DNA of 64,000 nucleotides from Rubripirellula sp. (GTDB lineage: Bacteria; Planctomycetota; Planctomycetia; Pirellulales; Pirellulaceae): contig JBAUHR010001023.1 of assembly GCA_049680385.1 (NCBI GenBank), positions 12,961 to 76,960 of the forward strand, given 5' to 3'. A model generated the notes under the pieces. It saw only the letters and a list, made by a program, of their open reading frames with translations. It did not search any database and was not told the origin of the DNA. Each line of letters opens with the position of its first letter. Position 1 is the first letter of the stretch. Of this stretch, positions 19,015 through 30,300 are shown one piece after another. The position numbers and the translations under genes are program-made.

Positions 19015-19691
19015 TGCGTTTCCTCGGCGGTGGGAAGGTTGCGCAGGGGCGTCGGGATCGTGACCGCTCGGCCGCTTGGAAGGGATACTCGAAGCGAATG
19101 CCATCGGTACGGCTGACTCGCTGGGGCGGTTTGCGTTGGTACGTCCGATGCGAGCATCGATTCGCTGATCGCATTGCCTGTGGGAGTCACGCATGTGACC
19201 GTGATCAGGCGAAGTTCGGGGGCTGTTTCGTTTGCCGTTATCGCTGAGGTGGTGATGCCGGTGTCGGTTGGCCACGCTGCTTCGACGGAAATCGCGATGC
19301 TCCAGCCCGCGTAATCCGTCATCGTGGTTCCGTCTCGATGCACCGGAGGCGAGGCGGTGTAGTCGTGATAGTCATCGATGTCATCGAATGCGGCTCGCCC
19401 CGCGCCGTTTTCTTCGGGCTCTGGTCCCCAGATCGGGTCCGCCGAGTCTTCGAAACGCATCGATGTGATTTCGCCTAGGATTGATTCGGATAGTTCAGCG
19501 GCCATCGCCGTGGAATGGCTTTGCACTCGACTTCGCCACATGTTGGCGGACGTGGCTAGTGAAGTTAGTAGCACGCCCGAGATCAGGATTGTTGATACGA
19601 GTATTTCGATCAACGTCACGCCGTGACGCGTGCTGTGCTGGTTCCCCGAGGCGCGCCGATTGAGCATTGGGGATTTCGTAAATTGGTTCAT
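19011..19691 (-). CDS. PilV/MshD-like minor pilin
   Basis: Class III signal RHG|VTLIEILVS, AAELSESILGEI and FDDIDDYHD; ATGA overlap at 19688-19691. Confidence 0.82.
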   Translation of the reverse strand: MNQFTKSPMLNRRASGNQHSTRHGVTLIEILVSTILISGVLLTSLATSANMWRSRVQSHSTAMAAELSESILGEITSMRFEDSADPIWGPEPEENGAGRAAFDDIDDYHDYTASPPVHRDGTTMTDYAGWSIAISVEAAWPTDTGITTSAITANETAPELRLITVTCVTPTGNAISESMLASDVPTQTAPASQPYRWHSLRVSLPSGRAVTIPTPLRNLPTAEETQ

Positions 19692-20767
19692 AGCGTTTGA
19701 CCCCGCAGAATCACCGCTGCTTGAATCCACGATCCGATCGAGCGGTGTAGCATCCGTGGGACCGATTCCTGATCACTCGATCCGCCGATTCGCAAGGTTG
19801 CGCCAACGGAGTTGCCAAACCAAAAACTCCCCTCGCCTGCACGTCGCTGGACGACGTCGGAAAAGGACGCCATTCCGATCGTGCCGGTGTGCCATGGCGA
19901 TCCATCGGCACCAAAGACTTGGATGTTCAAGTCGGTGTCGGAAATCGACTCGGGTTCAAGCGAGGTTGGTGACAAGTCGCTGAATGGTGAATTGTTTCGA
20001 CGACTGGCTGTCCAAGAAACGGGGCCAAAAAAATTGACGTCTTGGATGGCGAGCATCGTTGATGCGATTTGTGCGTCGTTTTCGGTGGCGACGACTACCG
20101 TGCTTGGCCAGTTGGCGTCGTAAAACCGATAGGCGACATGCAGCATCAGGTAGCCGTTGGACATGCTTTGCAACGTCGTCCAATTTGCCGCTTCGCTAAT
20201 CGTGATGTTCGAAGGTGACTTGGCGGACACGCAAATCAGGATCAAGTCGCCCGAAACCACGCCGGCTGGGACTTCAAGCGAAAGTGACGACGAGCTACTT
20301 GATGTCGACGCGACCGTCATGCTGCGCAGTCGGGGCGAACCAGTGCCGGTTGCTGTCGTTGCCGACGGCGTGTCCGGGGCAGCGATGATTGCGGATGAGT
20401 CGATGGTCGCATTCAAGGTAATTGTCGGGCTGTTGTCGGCGGTGCGAGTCAGTTCGTTGGGCGACGAGTCGTACCGGATTGACTGGATTGTTTGAGTAAA
20501 TGGATCGATTCGCTGGACGTCAAATCCGTCGCCCGATGCATGCGGCGTGATTTGCGTCGCGTAACGAAGATCGTTTGCGATTCGGTCGTTGATTTCGGTC
20601 TCTCGCCGGCGTTGGTTCGCCAGTTCGTCTGGTTCCAGCAGTTGCGAGGTGATTGCGATCGATCCTGCTAATGACGCCAGCAAGATAGATGCGGCCAGCA
20701 TGGCAACGACCAATTCAATCAGGCTAAAAGCTTGACGAGCGCGCAAGTCCGGGGGAGTGTGGATCAC
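19688..20767 (-). CDS. PilW/GspJ-like minor pilin with extra C-terminal beta-domain
   Basis: RQA|FSLIELVVAM and RIANDLRYA; GTGA overlap with the upstream gene at 20764-20767. Confidence 0.82.
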   Translation of the reverse strand: MIHTPPDLRARQAFSLIELVVAMLAASILLASLAGSIAITSQLLEPDELANQRRRETEINDRIANDLRYATQITPHASGDGFDVQRIDPFTQTIQSIRYDSSPNELTRTADNSPTITLNATIDSSAIIAAPDTPSATTATGTGSPRLRSMTVASTSSSSSSLSLEVPAGVVSGDLILICVSAKSPSNITISEAANWTTLQSMSNGYLMLHVAYRFYDANWPSTVVVATENDAQIASTMLAIQDVNFFGPVSWTASRRNNSPFSDLSPTSLEPESISDTDLNIQVFGADGSPWHTGTIGMASFSDVVQRRAGEGSFWFGNSVGATLRIGGSSDQESVPRMLHRSIGSWIQAAVILRGQTL

Positions 20768-21363
20768 GACGTGGCTCCACTGGTTCCGTCAACGTAGGTG
20801 GCCGTTCCGGTGGGCGTTGTCGGTGCATCGCTGGTTTCGGTTTCGGCGGCTTCTGCGTTGTTGATTTGGCTGATGGCTCCGCTGCTGCGTTCGACAACGA
20901 CCTCCCCCGTGCCCGCGACGATGTGAACTTGAAACAGGTCGCTGCCGCTCGACAAGGCGATCGTTGCTTGCTCGATCGCCTCGCCGGATGAGTGGGGGAC
21001 GCCCTCAAAATTGAACGACAGAGTTAAGTTGCCGTCCATGCTGGCGACCATTTCGATCGAGGGATCGTAGATCGATTTGATGGACACAAGAGCCGGCGTT
21101 GGCGAGCGATCATTTTGTTCGCCCTGTTCAGCTTGGTAGGAATCGTCGTCGTTGGAAAACGTAATCTGCACGGACCGACCGCTGCGAAGCGCCGTCTGGC
21201 GTGCGCGCTGGATGTCGTTGGCAACTCGCCAAGTTGCGGCTTCTAATCGCGAGATCCGTTGTGTGTCGGCGAACCGCGGGGTGGCGACGGCGGCCATGAC
21301 ACCCACGATCAAGATCACGATTGCCACCTCGATTAGCGTGATCGCTGCGCGAGCAGAATGCAT
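20764..21363 (-). CDS. FimT/GspH-like minor pilin
   Basis: RAA|ITLIEVAIVILIVGVMAAVATPRF, VANDIQRARQTA and LSFNFEGVP. Confidence 0.85.
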   Translation of the reverse strand: MHSARAAITLIEVAIVILIVGVMAAVATPRFADTQRISRLEAATWRVANDIQRARQTALRSGRSVQITFSNDDDSYQAEQGEQNDRSPTPALVSIKSIYDPSIEMVASMDGNLTLSFNFEGVPHSSGEAIEQATIALSSGSDLFQVHIVAGTGEVVVERSSGAISQINNAEAAETETSDAPTTPTGTATYVDGTSGATS

Positions 21364-21603
21364 CGAGATTGCTCCAGCGACCGCGGACCGAGAACCGTAC
21401 CGCCCACAACGCGCGGATTACTGGTCAAATCTAGGTCACCGCTGGTGCATCAGTCGCTGATTCGGCGTTGTCGTGCTGTGTGAATGGTCCGCATGGTCCG
21501 CGCATTGCGAATGACCGGCCAGTCGTCACGCGACGGCTGTGCGGGTCAGTCCGCATCGTCCGGTAAAATCACTTGCTCGTGATGGGACGGCGTGGTGGCC
21601 GCA

Positions 21604-22572
21604 TCACCAGCCAAGGACGTGGGCAAAGATCAGCGGCGCGCAGATGGTCGCGTCCGATTCGATGATGAACTTGGGTGCGTCGGCGTCGAGTTTGCACCAG
21701 GTGATCTTTTCGTTCGGCACCGCGCCGCTGTATCCGCCAAAGCTGGTGATCGCGTCGCTGATCTGGCAGAAGTAGCTCCACAGCGGAACGTCTCGTTCTA
21801 GATCTTGCCTCAACATCGGCACCACACAGATTGGAAAGTCGCCAGCGATGCCGCCACCGATTTGGAAGAAACCGATCGGTCCGATTTTCGATTCTTCTTC
21901 GTACCACTGAGCCAGTCGCTGCATCTGGTAAGTGCCAGTCGCGATCGCGGTGTGGTTGGGAACGGTGCCGTCGATCACCCGCGCGGCGTAGATGTTGCCA
22001 AGGGTCGAGTCTTCGAAGCCGGGCGTGAAAACGGGGATGCCCATGTCTTTGGCTGCCGCTAGCCAAGAGTGTTCGCGAGGGATCTGGTAGTGCTGGACCA
22101 AGTCCTTGTCGTCCAACAAGTCGAACATGAATTCCACCGGCATGCGGCTTTTGTTGGACTTTGCCGCTTCTTGCCACATCGGCGTCAGGCGACCTTCGAT
22201 GTGCCGCATCACCGTTTCGGGAATGCAAGTGTCGGTAACCCGGTTGAACCCTTCATCTCGCAGGGCAACTTCGTCGTCCGTCGAAAGGGCTCGCCAGTTT
22301 TCGATGATGCGGTATTCGTCGTGTGCGACGAGGTTGAAGATGTCTTCTTCGAGGTTGGCGGCCGTGCAGGTGATCGCGTGGATTTTTCCGGCTCGAATCA
22401 TCGGCGCCAACGACAGGCCGAGTTCGCCTGTGCTCATCGCCCCGGCCAGCGTGACCATCATCCGGCCCTTGTTTTCGGTCGACACGAATTGGCCGAACGA
22501 CTTGGCGGCAGCGACCAATTCGCGCGCGTTGAAGTGAAGGAAGTGGGTTTCCAGTAACTCGGTGACGTTCAT
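21604..22572 (-). CDS. Deoxyhypusine synthase-like protein (bacterial DHS family)
   Basis: TLAGAMST, TAANLEEDI, PGFEDSTLG, IGGGIAGD, GGYSGAVPNEKITWCK (catalytic Lys position) and SDATICAPL. Start taken at MNVTELL. Confidence 0.9.
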   Translation of the reverse strand: MNVTELLETHFLHFNARELVAAAKSFGQFVSTENKGRMMVTLAGAMSTGELGLSLAPMIRAGKIHAITCTAANLEEDIFNLVAHDEYRIIENWRALSTDDEVALRDEGFNRVTDTCIPETVMRHIEGRLTPMWQEAAKSNKSRMPVEFMFDLLDDKDLVQHYQIPREHSWLAAAKDMGIPVFTPGFEDSTLGNIYAARVIDGTVPNHTAIATGTYQMQRLAQWYEEESKIGPIGFFQIGGGIAGDFPICVVPMLRQDLERDVPLWSYFCQISDAITSFGGYSGAVPNEKITWCKLDADAPKFIIESDATICAPLIFAHVLGW

Positions 22573-23425
22573 GGAATCGCTTGGCGGTAATGGGGTGGGG
22601 GAGTTTGGAAGAGGCGGTCGGGTGCGAGGGTCGGCCACCGCGATGCTTCATAGCTTCCGATTGCAAACGGCTGTAGGCAAGCCGGCAAGTCCAAGTCGTC
22701 GCGAGGCAGTCTCGCCGTTTTGGGGGATTCGGTGAGCTGAGGCAGCAGCCTTGCCAATATTTTTCGATCGGACGTCACTCGTGTGTGAGCTGGCAACGGG
22801 CAAAAAAATTCCTAGAAAATTCAATTTCCTGTTTTTTCAAATAAATCTGAATTTTTTGAGGCAATGGCGTCTTCGGTCACCTTGGCGGTGGTTTAGCGGC
22901 GGCATCCGAGGCCGGCCTGAGTCGGGGTTTTAAAAAAAGTTTTTTCTGCCCAGGGGCCGCTAAGATTTATTTCGAAAAACTGAAAGCGGACGCCAGACAG
23001 GAGGATTCGCAGCAAAACACCGCTACAGCACAATCCGGGCCAAAATGCTCGAGTTGGTCTTTTCGATAACCCGCCGTTGTGATAGTTTTCGAGAGTGATC
23101 ATAGGCCCAACGTTTCTCGCTCGCCCGACCTTTGCCTTCCATTCATCGTGTTTTCCCGCCCGGGATGGCACTCGATCGAAATGGCGGCATCTTCGTGGGC
23201 GTGTTTTGCAAGGATTCACCGTCGTTTTGGCCGCCGCGACGGGGTGTCATTTACCGTATTCGCTCGCTAGCCCTCCTTGCCCACACGCACCTGTCTGAAC
23301 GCGTTTTACTGCTGGATTTTGCCAGTCTCTGATTCGCAACGCATGGCCCAGTCCCGCTTTGGGGCCAATCAAACAAATCAACCTCTCGCTCACCCACTTG
23401 GTCTTCTAAGGAGCTTTCCTAAACG

Positions 23426-26400
23426 ATGGCAACCACCAGTCACCGTCGACTAGAGCCGACAACCGTACGTCACTTTGGTACTGGATTGGGAGGGAACTTT
23501 GATCTCCCCGATCTGACCGCTCTGCAAACCGCCTCGTATGCCGAATTCCTTCAGGAAGACACGGACTCGCGAAAGCGGAAGCTGCATGGCCTTGAATCTG
23601 TGATGAAGGAGATTTTCCCGATCAGCAGTTACGACGGCAACACAACGCTTGAGTATCTGTACTACGAACTGGGCAAGCCACGCTATACCAGCCAAGAATG
23701 TCGCCAGTTGCGTTTGACCTACGGTCGTCCGCTGCGGATTTGGTTGCGTCTGAACCGCGAAGAGCCTCTGGAAGAAGAGGTCTACTTGGGCGATCTGCCG
23801 ATCATGCTTGGCGGTGGTGAATTTATCATCAACGGTGCCGAACGCGTCGTCGTTAGCCAGTTGCACCGAAGTCCCGGTGTCGACTTTGTTCTTGAACAAG
23901 ACACAACGACCGACCGCAAGTTGCCGTCGTGCCGCGTGATTCCAGAACGAGGTTCGTGGATCGAAGTCAACGTGACGAAGAAAGACGCGTTGACGGTCCG
24001 GATTGACCAGAGCGGTAAGTTCTCGGCGACGACGCTATTGCGTGCGATGGATCCTAAATATTCCACCGACGCCGACATTCTGAACGCGTTCTACGAAACC
24101 GGCACGATCAAGATCACTGGCAGCACCAAGCCAGAAGCAATCGAAGGTAAGATCGCGGTTGATGATGTTGTTTACCCTGCGGATTCCGAGCGGTCGGGCG
24201 AAATCATCGTCGAAGCTGGTCATAAGATCAGCAAGGAAGTCGCCGAAACGATTTGCACGGCAGGTGTGAAAAGCATCGACGCGATGGACGCGCCGAAGAT
24301 CCCGCTGATCTTCAACTCATTGATCGATGACAACACCGCCAGCCACGAAGAAGCGTTGCTGCGGATCTACCAACGACTGCGTCCGGGCAACCCGCCCCAG
24401 CTTGAAAAAGCACGCACGTTGTTCACTGAAAAGTTCTATGACGACAACCGTTACCGTTTGGGCAAGGTTGGCCGTTTCCGCTTGAACCGGAAACTCGGCC
24501 TTGAAGTTCCGGAAACGGAAATGTGCCTGCGTCCGGATGACATGATTTCGGCGATTCGTTACTTGATCGACCTGTTCGATGCTGATAGCGAAGCCGAAAT
24601 CGACGACATCGATCACTTGGGTAACCGCCGTCTGCGAACGATCGACGAATTGGCCAGCGAAGAACTTCGCAAGGGCTTCTTGAAGTTGCGTCGTACCGTC
24701 CAGGAACGGATGAGCATCAAGGATGCGACCGATATGTCGCCGCGTTCGCTGATCAATCCGAAGTCCGTTTCGGCAGCGATCGATTACTTCTTTGGTCGTG
24801 GCGAACTTTCGCAGGTCGTTGACCAAACGAATCCGCTATCTCAGTTGACTCACGAGCGTCGTCTGTCGGCACTTGGTCCAGGTGGTTTGAACCGTAAACG
24901 TGCGGGCTTTGAAGTTCGTGACGTTCACATTTCGCACTACGGCCGGATCTGTCCGATTGAAACGCCCGAAGGTACGAACATTGGTTTGATCTCGTCGTTG
25001 GCGATTTACGCGGGCGTCGATGATTACGGTTTCTTGGTCACGCCTTACCGGATCATCAAAGAAGGTAAGGCGACCGACGAAACCGTTTGGCTGCGTGCGG
25101 ACGAAGAAAGCGAATCGTACGTCGCGCCGGCCGACACCGAAGTCAACAATGGTGCATTGGTCGCCGGTCCGAACATGATTGCTCGGTTCCGTAGTGACTT
25201 CCAAATTGTTCAGCCCGAACAGGTCCACTACATGGACGTCGCACCAGCTCAGATGGTGGGCGTTTCGGCCGGTCTGATTCCGTTCCTCGAGCACGATGAT
25301 GCGAACCGTGCTTTGATGGGTTCGAACATGCAGCGGCAAGCGGTGCCATTGTTGGTCGCCGAGCCGCCGATCGTTGGTACCGGGATGGAACGCCAAGTCG
25401 CCAAGAACAGTGCGATGGTCGTGCGTGCTCGTCGTGCCGGTAAGGTCACCTACGTCGATTCGACTCGGATCGAAGTCGGCAGCGACCACTATGACTTGAA
25501 GAAGTACCAAGGCCTGAACGAACGGACTTGTCAAAACCAACGTCCGATCATCTCGCTTGGTGACAAGGTCGAAAAGAACCAGATCATCGCGGACGGTGCT
25601 GCGACCCTGAACGGTGAACTTGCCCTCGGACGTAACGTCTTGGTCGGGTTCATGTCGTTCGACGGTTACAACTACGAAGACGCGATCATCATCAGCGAAG
25701 AACTGGTTCGTGCCGACACTTACACGTCCATTCACATCGAAGACTTCGACGTTGAAATTCGCGAAACCAAGCTGGGCCGCGAAGAGTTCACACGCGACAT
25801 TCCCAACGTGTCCGAAAAGGCTCTGCGGAACCTCGACGACAGCGGTATCGTCAACGTTGGTACGTACGTGAAGCCGGGCGACATTTTGGTCGGCAAGGTT
25901 TCGCCGAAGAGCAAGACGGAACTGACGCCCGAAGAAAAACTGTTGCACGCCATCTTTGGTCGTGCCGGTGAAGACGTCAAGAATGACTCGCTGGAAGTGC
26001 CCTCGGGCATCGAAGGGATCGTCATCGACACGCACAAGTTCAGTCGCCGAATGAGTTTGTCGGAAGACGAGCGAAAGGTGTTCGAAAAAGAACTGAAGGA
26101 AGCCGAAAGCATCGGCAATGCGGAAATCGCCAGCACGTTCGAAGGTCTCGTCCGTGAACTGGAAGACGCCGCCGGCACAAAACTGAAGGACTCGACCGGA
26201 ACGCCACTGGCCGACGGTCAGGATCCGAAGTTCGTCGCCGAACGTGCCACGGGTTTCCGCATCGATCACATCCTTGACCAAGTCAAAGATGACGAAAAGA
26301 AGAAGGAAGTCGAACGTGTCTTTACTCAGCAGTGGGCCAATGTCGAGCAAGCCATCGACGCTCGTGACCGTGCGCTCAACAGCATGAAGCGTGGCGATGA

Positions 26401-27151
26401 ACTTCGCAGCGGCGTGTTGCAGATGGTCAAGATCTACGTCGCGACCAAGCGAACGATCAGCGTCGGTGACAAGATGGCCGGTCGCCACGGGAACAAGGGT
26501 GTGATCGCCAAGATCCTGCCCGTCGAAGACATGCCGTTCTTGCCCGATGGCACGCCGATCCAAATCATGCTGAACCCGCTGGGCGTTCCATCGCGGATGA
26601 ACGTGGGACAGATTTTGGAAACGCACCTCGGTTGGGCCGGAGCGAAGCTTGGTTTCCAAGCCATCACGCCCGTCTTTGACGGTGCGACGGAAGAGGACAT
26701 CAACAAGTGTTTGGCCGAAGCCGGTTTGCCAGCTCACGGTAAGATTCGTTTGACCGACGGTCGAACGGGCGAACCGATGGAACAGGAAACGACGGTTGGC
26801 TACATCTACATGTTGAAGCTGCACCACTTGGTCGACGACAAGGTTCACGCGCGGTCGACCGGACCGTACTCGTTGATCACCCAACAACCGCTCGGCGGAA
26901 AGGCTCGTTTCGGGGGCCAACGGTTCGGCGAAATGGAAGTGTGGGCGTTGGAAGCGTACGGTGCGGCGTACATCTTGCAAGAACTTTTGACCGTCAAGAG
27001 CGACGATGTCGAAGGTCGTACCAAGATCTACGAGTCAATGGTCAAGGGCGAGAACACGCTCGAGGCGGGAACGCCTGCGTCGTTCGACGTGTTGACCAAC
27101 GAAATTCGTGGCCTGGCGTTGAACATGCAGTTGGAAAAACGATCGATCTGA
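23426..27151 (+). CDS. rpoB: DNA-directed RNA polymerase subunit beta
   Basis: [39 protein letters not shown] and [20 protein letters not shown] aaggag at 23408-23413. Confidence 0.99.
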   Translation: MATTSHRRLEPTTVRHFGTGLGGNFDLPDLTALQTASYAEFLQEDTDSRKRKLHGLESVMKEIFPISSYDGNTTLEYLYYELGKPRYTSQECRQLRLTYGRPLRIWLRLNREEPLEEEVYLGDLPIMLGGGEFIINGAERVVVSQLHRSPGVDFVLEQDTTTDRKLPSCRVIPERGSWIEVNVTKKDALTVRIDQSGKFSATTLLRAMDPKYSTDADILNAFYETGTIKITGSTKPEAIEGKIAVDDVVYPADSERSGEIIVEAGHKISKEVAETICTAGVKSIDAMDAPKIPLIFNSLIDDNTASHEEALLRIYQRLRPGNPPQLEKARTLFTEKFYDDNRYRLGKVGRFRLNRKLGLEVPETEMCLRPDDMISAIRYLIDLFDADSEAEIDDIDHLGNRRLRTIDELASEELRKGFLKLRRTVQERMSIKDATDMSPRSLINPKSVSAAIDYFFGRGELSQVVDQTNPLSQLTHERRLSALGPGGLNRKRAGFEVRDVHISHYGRICPIETPEGTNIGLISSLAIYAGVDDYGFLVTPYRIIKEGKATDETVWLRADEESESYVAPADTEVNNGALVAGPNMIARFRSDFQIVQPEQVHYMDVAPAQMVGVSAGLIPFLEHDDANRALMGSNMQRQAVPLLVAEPPIVGTGMERQVAKNSAMVVRARRAGKVTYVDSTRIEVGSDHYDLKKYQGLNERTCQNQRPIISLGDKVEKNQIIADGAATLNGELALGRNVLVGFMSFDGYNYEDAIIISEELVRADTYTSIHIEDFDVEIRETKLGREEFTRDIPNVSEKALRNLDDSGIVNVGTYVKPGDILVGKVSPKSKTELTPEEKLLHAIFGRAGEDVKNDSLEVPSGIEGIVIDTHKFSRRMSLSEDERKVFEKELKEAESIGNAEIASTFEGLVRELEDAAGTKLKDSTGTPLADGQDPKFVAERATGFRIDHILDQVKDDEKKKEVERVFTQQWANVEQAIDARDRALNSMKRGDELRSGVLQMVKIYVATKRTISVGDKMAGRHGNKGVIAKILPVEDMPFLPDGTPIQIMLNPLGVPSRMNVGQILETHLGWAGAKLGFQAITPVFDGATEEDINKCLAEAGLPAHGKIRLTDGRTGEPMEQETTVGYIYMLKLHHLVDDKVHARSTGPYSLITQQPLGGKARFGGQRFGEMEVWALEAYGAAYILQELLTVKSDDVEGRTKIYESMVKGENTLEAGTPASFDVLTNEIRGLALNMQLEKRSI

Positions 27152-27323
27152 GAAAGGGATTAGGTATTAGGTTTCAGCTTTGCGGGTAATCCAGCAACTG
27201 AAACCTAGCCGTTTCTCGATATGCGTCTCGGGGTGAAAGCCGAGACGAGAATTTGTGACGACCAGCCGAGGGTCGTCGCTTGAACCTGACACCTAAAACC
27301 AAATAGCTAAGGCTTAGTTCCCC
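27152..27323 (+). promoter_or_regulatory. Structured rpoB-rpoC intercistronic RNA (three hairpins plus an alternative long-range pairing)
   Basis: Stems at 27168-27177/27198-27207, 27224-27231/27240-27247 and 27255-27263/27271-27279. Confidence 0.55.
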
Positions 27324-30300
27324 ATGTCCAGTGGCGAAACCAGCAACTACGATCGCATCAACGACTACGCATCGGTTCGAATCTCTCTCGCTCGTCCCCA
27401 AGACATCAAAGGATGGTCGTTCGGGGAAGTGAAGAAACCCGAAACGATCAACTACCGAACCTATCGACCTGAAAAAGACGGTCTGTTCTGTGAACGCATC
27501 TTCGGCCCTGAAAAGGATTGGGAATGCGCCTGCGGTAAGTACCGCGGAATGAAGTACAAGGGCATGATCTGTGACCGCTGTGGTGTGAAGGTCACCCACA
27601 GTCGGGTTCGTCGTAAACGAATGGGTCACATCGAATTGGCCGCGCCCGTGGTCCACATTTGGTTCTTCAAGGCGATGCCGTCGCGCTTGGGCAACCTGTT
27701 GGACATGAAGACCAGCTCGCTTGAAAAGGTCATCTACTTCCAAGACTACGTGGTCATCGATCCGGGCACGACCGAATTGGAACCACGCCAACTGTTGACC
27801 GAAGAAGAGTACCGCGCCGCGCGTCAGCAATACGGCGAAGGCTCGTTCGAAGCCGACATGGGTGCCGAAGCGGTTCGCAAGCTGCTGAACTTGCTGGACT
27901 TGGTGACCTTGTCGGAAAAACTGCGTGTCGACTTGGTCGAGACCGGTTCAAAGCAAAAGAAGAAGGACCTGATCAACCGTTTGAAGATCGTCGAATCGAT
28001 CCGCGACAGCGACAACCGTCCCGAGTGGATGGTGTTGGACGTCGTGCCAGTGATTCCGCCCGATTTGCGTCCGTTGGTGCTGCTGGACAGCGGCAACTTT
28101 GCAACGTCGGACTTGAACGATCTCTATCGCCGGATCATCAACCGCAACAACCGCTTGCGCAAGCTGGTCGACCTGAACGCGCCGGAAGTCATCATTCGCA
28201 ACGAAAAGCGAATGTTGCAACAGTCCGTCGACGCGCTGTTCGACAACAACCGCTGCAAGCGACCGGTGCTGGGTTCGTCGAACCGACCGCTGAAGTCCTT
28301 GACCGACATGATCAAGGGCAAGCAAGGTCGTTTCCGTGAAAACCTGCTGGGCAAGCGAGTCGATTACTCGGCCCGTTCGGTCATCGTGGTTGGTCCTCGC
28401 TTGAAGCTGCACCAATGTGGTCTGCCCAAGAAGATCGCCCTCGAACTGTACCAGCCGTTCATCATCCGCCGTCTGAAAGAACTCGGCCACGCCGATACGA
28501 TCAAGTCGGCCAAGAAGATGCTCGAACGAAAAGACGAAGAAGTTTGGGACATTCTGGAACAGGTCATCAAGAACCACCCTGTGCTTCTGAACCGTGCACC
28601 AACGTTGCACCGGATGGGGATTCAGGCGTTCGAGCCGATTCTTGTCGAAGGCAACGCGATTCACTTGCACCCATTGGTGTGTAAGGGGTTCAACGCCGAC
28701 TTCGACGGTGACCAGATGGCTGTCCACTTGCCGCTTTCGATCGAAGCGCAAGTCGAAGCACACACGTTGATGATGTCGACCAACAACGTGTTCGCACCGT
28801 CCAACGGCAAGCCGATCATGTCGCCGTCGCAAGACATCGTCATGGGTTGCTATTACATGACTGCCGAAATGCCTGATCAAAAGGGCGAAGGCATGATCTT
28901 CAGCGGCTATGACGAAGTCGACTTGGCGTTCGCGCAAGGTGTGATCGCGATTCACGCTCGTATCAAGATGCGTTTGCCGCGTTTCCAACGTTTGAAAACG
29001 GAATCTGGCGACGGCGTCTATGGTGCGATCATTGACACCACGCCCGGCCGTGTTCGGTTCAATGAAATGCTTCCCGACGGGATGGATTACTACAACCAAC
29101 CGATGAAGAGTGGTGACTTGGCACTTGCCATCAGTGACTGCTATCAGCGTCTTGGTCGCAAGGCAACCATTCACTTGCTTGACGACATGATGCAAGCTGG
29201 TTTCCGCGAATCGACTCGCAGTGGTTTGTCGTTCGCGACGGACGACTTGGTCACGCCGGACTCCAAGACTGACTTCATCAAGAAGGCAGAAAAAGAAGTC
29301 ATGAAATTGAAGAAGTCGTACGAGCGCGGTCTGATGACCGGGCCCGAACGATACAACCACGTGCTGGACGAATGGACGGCCGCTCGTGAGTTGATCACCA
29401 AGGACATGATGCAGGCGATGAAGAACGACATCCGCGAAGGCGGCTGGTACATCAACCCGGTGTACTTGATGTCGCACTCCGGTGCACGGGGCGGTATCGA
29501 ACAGATTCGTCAGCTTGCTGGTATGCGGGGATTGATGGCGAAGCCGACCGGCGAAATCATCGAAACGCCGATTAAGGCAAACTTCCGCGAAGGTCTGTCG
29601 GTTCTGGAATACTTCTCGTCGACGCACGGTGCTCGGAAGGGATTGGCCGATACGGCGCTCAAGACGGCTGACTCGGGTTACCTGACTCGTAAGCTGGCCG
29701 ACGTCGCGCAGAACGTGGTGATCACGATGCAAGACTGCGGCACCACCCAAGGAATCACCAAGGGTGTTGTCTATCGCGGCGAAAAGGTCGAAGTCAGCTT
29801 GGTCGATTCGATCAACGGTCGCGTTAGCCGCCAATCGATCGTTAACCCAGTGACGGACGAGATCATCGTTCGTGAAAACGAAATGATCACGCCAGACATC
29901 GCTCGCAACATCGAAGCGATGGGCTTGGAAAAGATCCAAGTCCGTACGCCGATGACCTGCGACGCACCGCTGGGTGTTTGCCGATGCTGTTACGGCATGG
30001 ACATGTCGACCGGTTCCATGGTCGAAGAAGGCATGGCCGTCGGTATCATCGCGGCACAGTCGATCGGTGAACCGGGTACTCAGTTGACCATGCGTACGTT
30101 CCACATCGGTGGTAGCGTCAACAAGCAATCGGTCGAGTCGGACATCAAGAGCAAGCGTGCCGGTAAGGCTCGGTTCACTCGGATGCGTGCGGTGGAAAAC
30201 ACCGAAGGCATTCCAATCGTGCTGAACCGCAACGGTGAAATCACGCTGGTCGATGATCGCGGTCGTGAAATCGAATCGTATCCGATTCCAACCGGTGCGG

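Noticed and set aside
19015..19275. N-terminal extension of the 526-aa ORF
   Set aside because: Lies inside the PilV-like gene; the GTGA overlap at 19014 gives a proper prepilin-like start.
24836..30128. Long antisense ORFs (714 aa and 726 aa) opposite rpoB and rpoC
   Set aside because: Shadow ORFs from strong codon bias in highly expressed GC-rich genes; no protein motifs.
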